13,082 bases of DNA from contig PRDH01000004.1 in assembly GCA_003345545.1 (NCBI GenBank), forward strand, positions 1 to 13,082, read 5' to 3'. This document shows positions 1 through 5,927 of the stretch, in pieces. Made by a program: the position numbers and the translations under genes. Each line of letters starts with the position of its first letter. Position 1 is the first letter of the stretch. The notes under the pieces were generated by a model, which was not told the origin of the DNA, made no database searches, and saw only the letters and a list, made by a program, of their open reading frames with translations. Source of the stretch: Candidatus Thorarchaeota archaeon. Lineage in GTDB: Archaea; Asgardarchaeota; Thorarchaeia; Thorarchaeales; Thorarchaeaceae.

Positions 1-218
1 GAACGCACGCTCTTGAAGTGTTCTTGTCCTGCGAGATCCCATATCTGAATGCTTACATCATGGCCGCCATGAAGCTGCATCTTCTTGACTGCAAAGTCAG
101 CACCGATGGTGATCATGTAGTTAGCTCGGAATCCTTCTCCCATGTAGGTCCTACGGAGACTGGTCTTTCCGACGCTTCCATCTCCCATGAGTACGACCTT
201 GAATAGTGCAGTTACCAT
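1..218 (-). CDS. Rab-like small GTPase (Ras superfamily), N-terminal 72 aa; truncated by window edge
   Basis: Manual translation of the reverse complement from ATG at 218: MVTALFKVVLMGDGSVGKTSLRRTYMGEGFRANYMITIGADFAVKKMQLHGGHDVSIQIWDLAGQEHFKSVR. G1 GDGSVGKTS, G2/RabF1-like TIGADF, G3 WDLAGQE. SD-like GGGGTG at 225-230. Not in the supplied ORF track. Confidence 0.95.
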   Translation of the reverse strand, partial: MVTALFKVVLMGDGSVGKTSLRRTYMGEGFRANYMITIGADFAVKKMQLHGGHDVSIQIWDLAGQEHFKSVR

Positions 219-238
219 CTCTTGCACCCCGAACGAGT

Positions 239-261
239 TAGTATCCACTCTTGGGATACTA
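239..261. repeat. Perfect 8-bp inverted repeat TAGTATCC-N7-GGATACTA upstream of the Rab-like gene (operator or hairpin)
   Basis: Arms at 239-246 and 254-261, 20 bp upstream of the start codon. Function is inference. Confidence 0.55.
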
Positions 262-380
262 GGGCGATGAATGTTATTTCCGCTATTTGAGTCTATGCCG
301 ATTGAATAGAGGATGAAGAACAACCCCTTGGACTTGGTTGCTCACATGTGTAGGTGTTATCAAGCATGAACCACTCATCA

Positions 381-851
381 TTATTCTTGAATCATGAATG
401 GTTTTCCGCAGTTTTGACATACCACTGAGCCGTCTGCCTGAACCTTCTCCTTTGAATAGACATAAGCTGAGCCGCAGTTAGGACATTGACTACCTCGAGA
501 TTCTATCTTTGCTTCTTCTATATGTATCTCCCAACCCCGCTCCTTAGCCATACGAACAAGATCCGGCACAGGGCCTGCTTTAGGAGGGTCTAATTCAGCA
601 ACTCCTATCATTGAGCCCCCCGCTCCCAGTATGGTGATGTCACATCTCTCTGAGGCCTTATCATGTTCAAGCGTGATTAGACGGACATACACACCAAAGG
701 GGAAAGGAGTCCCGCTCCTCTCAAATGAGAAGACTCCAATTGTGCGACCATCTATTCGCCACACCCTTGAATAATCAGGGCCGTGCTTCTGTTTGAGGAG
801 TTTGATGATGTCCTCTGCATCTGGACAACGAATTATCACCCTATAGGCCAA
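381..851 (-). CDS. Hypothetical protein with C-terminal zinc ribbon (CPNC...CQNC)
   Basis: 156-aa ORF, TTG start with GGTG-containing SD-like sequence upstream, two CxxC pairs at the C-terminus, stop TAA followed by TGA TGA. N-terminal alpha/beta domain is unassigned. Confidence 0.8.
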   Translation of the reverse strand: MAYRVIIRCPDAEDIIKLLKQKHGPDYSRVWRIDGRTIGVFSFERSGTPFPFGVYVRLITLEHDKASERCDITILGAGGSMIGVAELDPPKAGPVPDLVRMAKERGWEIHIEEAKIESRGSQCPNCGSAYVYSKEKVQADGSVVCQNCGKPFMIQE

Positions 852-896
852 TTCGCAAACACCAAATCATGTCTTAGATGAGGAGTTATAGACTTT

Positions 897-910
897 ACTT
901 TCGGGAAACT
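897..910. promoter_or_regulatory. Candidate operator ACTTTC-GG-GAAACT (inverted ANTTTC pair) in the divergent intergenic region
   Basis: ANTTTC on the + strand at 897-902 and on the - strand at 905-910. Short motif, could be chance. Confidence 0.25.
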
Positions 911-1030
911 GCCCCCCTCGTTCGTATCCTCTTGGACGTACCAATCGCACTAGTAAAACTCACAATCATCGGGGATGCAAGATAATGGTCGGACGAGTCG
1001 AGTTCAGGAATATACTAAGAGGATGCAGAC

Positions 1031-1306
1031 ATGGGACGCACAGTCCGTACATTCAGAGATGCAATCAGGATTGAGGAGGCCCGCTGGAAAGAGTTCAGGC
1101 GTACCCTCAGACCAGCCCAGAGAGAGGTCTTCGATAGAATATTCGATTATGCGAGGAGCTTAGCAGACGCAGGCACGATGATTCCAACGCCGCGCATTAC
1201 GGAGGTCATTCTTCTCTCTGCAGTCCTCAGAATGCAAGAAGAGATTGATCTGATTGGAAAGAGAGTTGAGGCTCTGGAGCAAATGCGGGAGAGGAGCAAC
1301 CCCTGA
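1031..1306 (+). CDS. Small alpha-helical PolB2-associated protein (arCOG07300-like)
   Basis: 91 aa starting MGRTVRTFR..EE..WK.FRR.LR....FD.I...AR, the pattern of the small protein that typically accompanies archaeal polB2. C-terminal coiled-coil tendency, GAGG SD upstream, directly precedes polB2. Confidence 0.85.
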   Translation: MGRTVRTFRDAIRIEEARWKEFRRTLRPAQREVFDRIFDYARSLADAGTMIPTPRITEVILLSAVLRMQEEIDLIGKRVEALEQMRERSNP

Positions 1307-3585
1307 CGAGCACAACTGGATGGCTTCTGGACGCCAATGTGGACAACGAGAAGCAGGCACTGACCCTCTGGATCAAGGCGGAGGGAAAGACCAGAGGCTA
1401 CACCTATCGCGGGTTCAACCCCTCAGTCTTTGTCAGTACAGACATGATTGGAAGCAGGGACTGGACTGAAACAGGCATCCTGCAAACAGTCCTCGAACAC
1501 CCAAGGGTCGTTGACGCAGAAATTGTACACAGATACACAAGTGTCTATGATGAAGAGAAGACACCGGTCCTACAGGTGTTCACTACACCAGATGCACTTC
1601 AGGAAGTGGCAAAGGATTTTGAGCTGCTGCCGGGAGCCACAGTATTCCATGCGGATATTAATCCAGTTCAGCAGTTCTTCATAGCCAATGACATGTTCGC
1701 TTTTGGGCGTGTAGAGTTTGAGCTGAGAGGGGATGAGGTCATCAGTATCAGAGGCCTTGACAAGCGAGAGAACCCAGAGTATGACATTCCAGAACTTGAG
1801 ATGATGGACTTTGAGGTGTTCATAGCCACAGAGCAGATCTTCCCCAAGATGGAGGATAGAATCCAGCATATTGAGGTCTATCATAGAGGTGGGACCGTAG
1901 ATATCCAAGATGATGACGAGGGAGAGATTCTCAGACACTTCCAAGCTGTCACTGATGAGATAGACCCTGATGTGATAATCAGTAGAGGAGGAGATGATGA
2001 CCTCTTTCGATACCTCACCATACGATCCAAGGTCAACGGAGTGGAACTGACACTATCCCGAGACAAGACACCATTGAACGTGATCTTCACTGAACCTCAG
2101 TCGTTCTGGCAATACAATCGAATCATGTTCAGGTCAGGAACGCATGTCATACTGAACGGGAGAGTTCACGTTGACCGAGGAAGGACAGGCATGCATTTCT
2201 ATGCGCCAATGGGGTTGGAGGGAATCGTAGAGAGCTGCAGGCTTGCTCTGGGCCGACCGCACAGGGTCTCACAGATGACGATTGGTGCGGTGAACGCGGC
2301 GGTGCAGTTCTACAACGCCTACAAGATGGACATTCTCATACCACCTATCAAACGGAATCCAGAGTTCTTGAAGACAGTCACTGAACTGACATCCATAGAC
2401 AGGGGAGGTTTGATCTTCCAGCCAAGACCAGACATCTATGAGGACATTGCAGAGTGCGATTTCTCATCGATGTACCCAACACTCATGGTCACCAGGAATA
2501 TCAGCCCGGAAACAATCTGTACGAGAACCAAGTGCCCATATGATTACCAATACTGCATCGAGATTCCTCAGCAGAGCTTTAGAATATGCACACACAGGAG
2601 AGGGATAGTATCCAAGTCATTGGAAATGCTTGTCAATAGACGGACTGACATCAAGAAACTGATAGAACAGGGACGCGACACTGAGAAGTATGAGATTATG
2701 CAGAACACTCTGAAGGGAGTGCTGGTCTCGTGTTTTGGATATCTCGGATTCAAGAACGCAAAGTTCGGAAGAGTTGAGGCGCATACCGCGGTCACTGCAC
2801 TTGCAAGGGAGGTCATGCTTGAAACCCAAGAGATTGGGGAGGAGATGGGGCTTGAGATGCTACACGGCATTGTGGACTCAGTCTGGTTGAGGGCAAATAA
2901 AGAGAGAGTGGAATACAAGGCAGTTGTGGAATTCTGCAAGCGCGTGTCCGAGAGAGTCAACATCAAGATGTCCCCAAAAGGAGTCTACAAATGGATGGTC
3001 ATCCCATCGTCACGACTGCATCCATCAATTGCACCACTAAATCGATACTATGGAGTCTACAGGAACGGGGCAATCAAGACGCGAGGAATAGAGACCCGAA
3101 GAAGGGACACCTGTCTCTATGTCGGCGACTGCCAGATGGCCATGATTAAGACACTAGCACAAGCTAGTGATAAGGCCGGCTTTCTACAGCGTATGCCCGA
3201 GGCATATGAGGTCTGTCGTAGCTACATGGATAGACTCTATGACTATGATGTCGATCTCAGAGACCTCATCCTGAACGCAAATCTGACTAGAGACCCTCAT
3301 GAATATCGTGCCGTGTCAAGAGCCGCTGTTGTCGCTCAACAGCTTGCCAAGGCGGGACAAGAGCTACATGCAGGGCAACGGGTCAGGTACGTCATGGTCC
3401 ATGCAGACTCGACGAATCCATTACGGAGAGTGAAAGCACTGGAACTCTTCGATGAGTCGACAAGATATGATCCAAGAGCGTACTCAGACCTGTGTGAACG
3501 TGCCTTTGAGAATCTGATTCCAGCACAGTACCTCGGGCAAGTGAAAGGAAGAGATCCTGGCCAGCTGCAACTGATTACTCAGTGA
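1303..3585 (+). CDS. polB2: Family B DNA polymerase, archaeal PolB2 (Dpo2) group
   Basis: Motif A DFSSMYP, motif B KGVLVSCFGYLG, motif C HGIVDS (YGDTDS with the first Asp replaced, the PolB2 signature), KTRGIE.RRRD, degenerate exonuclease motifs. ORF track start is GTG 1339, but the frame is open from 1270. CTG at 1303 follows GAGGAG (1291-1296) and restores the N-terminal GWLLD strand. Confidence 0.92.
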   Translation: MTSTTGWLLDANVDNEKQALTLWIKAEGKTRGYTYRGFNPSVFVSTDMIGSRDWTETGILQTVLEHPRVVDAEIVHRYTSVYDEEKTPVLQVFTTPDALQEVAKDFELLPGATVFHADINPVQQFFIANDMFAFGRVEFELRGDEVISIRGLDKRENPEYDIPELEMMDFEVFIATEQIFPKMEDRIQHIEVYHRGGTVDIQDDDEGEILRHFQAVTDEIDPDVIISRGGDDDLFRYLTIRSKVNGVELTLSRDKTPLNVIFTEPQSFWQYNRIMFRSGTHVILNGRVHVDRGRTGMHFYAPMGLEGIVESCRLALGRPHRVSQMTIGAVNAAVQFYNAYKMDILIPPIKRNPEFLKTVTELTSIDRGGLIFQPRPDIYEDIAECDFSSMYPTLMVTRNISPETICTRTKCPYDYQYCIEIPQQSFRICTHRRGIVSKSLEMLVNRRTDIKKLIEQGRDTEKYEIMQNTLKGVLVSCFGYLGFKNAKFGRVEAHTAVTALAREVMLETQEIGEEMGLEMLHGIVDSVWLRANKERVEYKAVVEFCKRVSERVNIKMSPKGVYKWMVIPSSRLHPSIAPLNRYYGVYRNGAIKTRGIETRRRDTCLYVGDCQMAMIKTLAQASDKAGFLQRMPEAYEVCRSYMDRLYDYDVDLRDLILNANLTRDPHEYRAVSRAAVVAQQLAKAGQELHAGQRVRYVMVHADSTNPLRRVKALELFDESTRYDPRAYSDLCERAFENLIPAQYLGQVKGRDPGQLQLITQ

Positions 3586-4927
3586 CCGCGTGAGCCTGCA
3601 TTGCAATCCTCGGTTTCAGTTCACGAATGGGAATGCCGGTTTCACGAGATACACGCTCCACATCATCATCTTCGGGCTTGATGCTGATGATACTTCCATC
3701 TGTTGTGCGAGAGACTTTGACGCGAACCATGTATTCCTTGTCATCGATATTCAGGCCACAGACGATTGTTTCGCGCGCTGCCTTCAGTCGTTGCCAAGTC
3801 GAGTATCGAATTCCAGTTGTCCCCAGATGGCGCATCATGACCTCTGCAACACTCTTCAGACCTGTCTTTGCAGCAATGACTTTCACCAAGAAACACGGTC
3901 GACTCTTCTTGCCAAGAGCTGGTATGACAACGACATCATAGGCCAATCCTTCTACGAGTAGCGTATCAAAGAGGCTACCGAGGGTTTCACCGTCCACATC
4001 ATCGACATTCGTCTCAATGACAACCACTTCGTCGGCACTCCACTCGTCAAGCACTTCCGAACGTTCCTCAGCCTTTGATTTCGAATCCGGTGGTGCCTTT
4101 GCCTCCTTCGCAAGCGCTCTCTTTGATTCTTCTTTTGGAGGTGAAACTGGCTTCTTTTCTTCTTGAACGACAAGCTCGCCAACTACTATCCGCATCATAT
4201 TCGGGATTGCACCCAAGTCACGGGTGCCAAAACCAATTCCCTGATTCTGCGCCACAAAACCATCGTAGGCATCCACATAGACTTTTGTGATGGCTGCCAA
4301 GAGGGCAGCTCCTGTTGGAGTCAGTACTTCGGTCCGGGCCTCGCCATTATGGAAGAGCATGTCGTGCGCTACAAGAATCTCAGCCACTGCAGGTCCCGGA
4401 ACTTCAAGGTCCCCATGCTCAGTTGCAATTGTACCGCTGCCGACCGCAACGCGCGTTGAAACAAACTCGGCATCTTCCAGAAGTCCAGCGCGCTCTAGAA
4501 GATATGCGGTACCCACGAGATCTAACACTGTATCAATGGTTCCGGTCTCATGAAGATGCAGTTCAGATATTGGCTTGTTATGCACCCTGCTTTCTGCCTG
4601 GAAGATGATTGTCAGAGCTTCCTTAGCAAGATTCTTTGCTCGAGGCGCAAGTTCAATCTCTTCTGCAACAGCCATCAGGACTTCCATCATCGAGTCAGGA
4701 TTGAGTCGTATAGCGGGATTACGCGTGATCTGCAGCTGCCGACCCGTGTATCCTGAATGAGACCTGGAGGTCACGGATAGTCTGAAGGAAGGATCGTATA
4801 TCAGAAGACTGGCAGCGACAGGCAAAAGAACGTCATCTTCGCCAATAAGATCAGTCAGCGCAGATAGGAACATGTCCCCAGAGGCGCCTGCATTCGCGAC
4901 ATCGATTAGAACTCTTTTCTTAGCCAA
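3575..4927 (-). CDS. larC: LarC-family nickel insertion protein (nickel-pincer cofactor biosynthesis), full-length LarC1+LarC2
   Basis: Motifs GASGDM, AE..VH, HLHETG..D, HG.L.VP.PA, TPTGAA, ETNVDD, KK.RP, KPE.DD. Start re-called at TTG 4927 (AGGAG at 4939-4943); the ORF track start 5011 adds 28 non-homologous residues. 3' end overlaps polB2 by 11 bp. Confidence 0.88.
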   Translation of the reverse strand: MAKKRVLIDVANAGASGDMFLSALTDLIGEDDVLLPVAASLLIYDPSFRLSVTSRSHSGYTGRQLQITRNPAIRLNPDSMMEVLMAVAEEIELAPRAKNLAKEALTIIFQAESRVHNKPISELHLHETGTIDTVLDLVGTAYLLERAGLLEDAEFVSTRVAVGSGTIATEHGDLEVPGPAVAEILVAHDMLFHNGEARTEVLTPTGAALLAAITKVYVDAYDGFVAQNQGIGFGTRDLGAIPNMMRIVVGELVVQEEKKPVSPPKEESKRALAKEAKAPPDSKSKAEERSEVLDEWSADEVVVIETNVDDVDGETLGSLFDTLLVEGLAYDVVVIPALGKKSRPCFLVKVIAAKTGLKSVAEVMMRHLGTTGIRYSTWQRLKAARETIVCGLNIDDKEYMVRVKVSRTTDGSIISIKPEDDDVERVSRETGIPIRELKPRIAMQAHAVTE

Positions 4928-5060
4928 ATTCGTCGTAACTCCTGCCTGTACTCCACCGTGATGATAGAACACTGCCTGACCTGTTTTTCTTTCGAAGAGG
5001 GACACATACACTCATCGATGAAGTGCACATATTTCATATGACTGGTACTAAATAAGATTG

Positions 5061-5840
5061 TCAGCTCGTATTACCTTGACGCCATTGATTGAAGATAGCC
5101 ATATACATACACTCAGTGGGAGGAATCCACATCTCAGACGAATCAAATGACTCGTCAACAAACTCAGCAGGAGCGTCACGTATCAATGCCGCTGGAATGG
5201 ACTCATTGGACTCGCCAATGACAGCTGTGCATGCAGAGGCCAGATTATCGGCCACAGCTCTTCTCGTAATTCGCAACACATTTCCGAAGAGGTCCTTGCG
5301 TCCGCGATCATCAGCGACAGGTTTGAAACCTGCAACTCCCAGAGCCATGCCGATGTTTCCAAGTCTCAGTGGCTGAGTTCTGCTATCAATAATCATGACG
5401 CCAATGGTCTTCCCTGTCCTCTTCTTCACTTCTGCTCTTAGTCGCTCAGCACTTGCACGGGGATTCAATGGTAGCAGTGATGCGTATCCTGGCGGCGCAT
5501 TCGATTTGTCAATTCCCGCATTGGCCATCAATGTGTTGTTCTTTATTGTGAGGATGACATGAGGGATGCCTCCCAGTATTTCGTCTGCCTCCTGTATGAT
5601 CAACTGAGCAATCTCAGGGATCAGCTCATACCTCTTTGCAAGCTTGGCAGCCTCCTTTGAAACCTTGATGTCTGACAACTTCACGATACGTCCTTCCGTT
5701 GTCCCAAGTGGAGTCTCAGCAATGGTGATGATGTCATTGTCCAAAATCTCCATGTCTGCAAGAGTAAGGCTCTCAAGTAAGACATCAAGGATGTTATCTT
5801 TCTCAGTAATGATGCGAGTCTTGATAGGGTACACAAGCAT
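5061..5840 (-). CDS. cofE: Coenzyme F420-0:L-glutamate ligase family protein
   Basis: Motifs DIITIAET....EGR, ANAGIDKSNA, LLP.NP..SA, IIDS...PLR.G, D.RG.KDLFG..L.IT..AVAD.LA, GE..E.IP. Start re-called at ATG 5840 (MLVYPIKT). Confidence 0.9.
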   Translation of the reverse strand: MLVYPIKTRIITEKDNILDVLLESLTLADMEILDNDIITIAETPLGTTEGRIVKLSDIKVSKEAAKLAKRYELIPEIAQLIIQEADEILGGIPHVILTIKNNTLMANAGIDKSNAPPGYASLLPLNPRASAERLRAEVKKRTGKTIGVMIIDSRTQPLRLGNIGMALGVAGFKPVADDRGRKDLFGNVLRITRRAVADNLASACTAVIGESNESIPAALIRDAPAEFVDESFDSSEMWIPPTECMYMAIFNQWRQGNTS

Positions 5841-5927
5841 TATTGATCGCCAATCAAGACAGACATTGATGTCAAGATAAAGACTGTCAATGAACATCAT
5901 GGACTGTCGTCCAAGGATTCAGAATGA

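Noticed and set aside
18-206. 62-aa plus-strand ORF
   Set aside because: Antisense shadow of the Rab-like GTPase; no motifs.
219-380. tRNA or other known ncRNA in intergenic gaps
   Set aside because: No cloverleaf, T-loop (GTTCRA) in a tRNA context, or convincing C/D box pair was recognised by eye in any gap.
975-1469. Short ORFs 975-1163, 1160-1360 and 1254-1469
   Set aside because: Alternative-frame or antisense overlaps of the arCOG07300-like gene and polB2; no recognisable features.
1303-3585. polB as a casposon/virus marker or a pseudogene
   Set aside because: No cas1, integrase, terminal repeats or protein-primed PolB features seen. The motif C change is the normal PolB2 signature and the ORF is intact.
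4033-4170. Programmed frameshift between LarC1 and LarC2
   Set aside because: The reading frame is continuous through the linker; no frameshift is needed.
4928-5011. ORF-track N-terminal extensions (larC 5011; likewise cofE 5900, mmp14 7331, metV 11605, hflX 12989)
   Set aside because: The extensions precede the family-typical N-termini, and downstream starts fit homology and, where present, SD spacing better.
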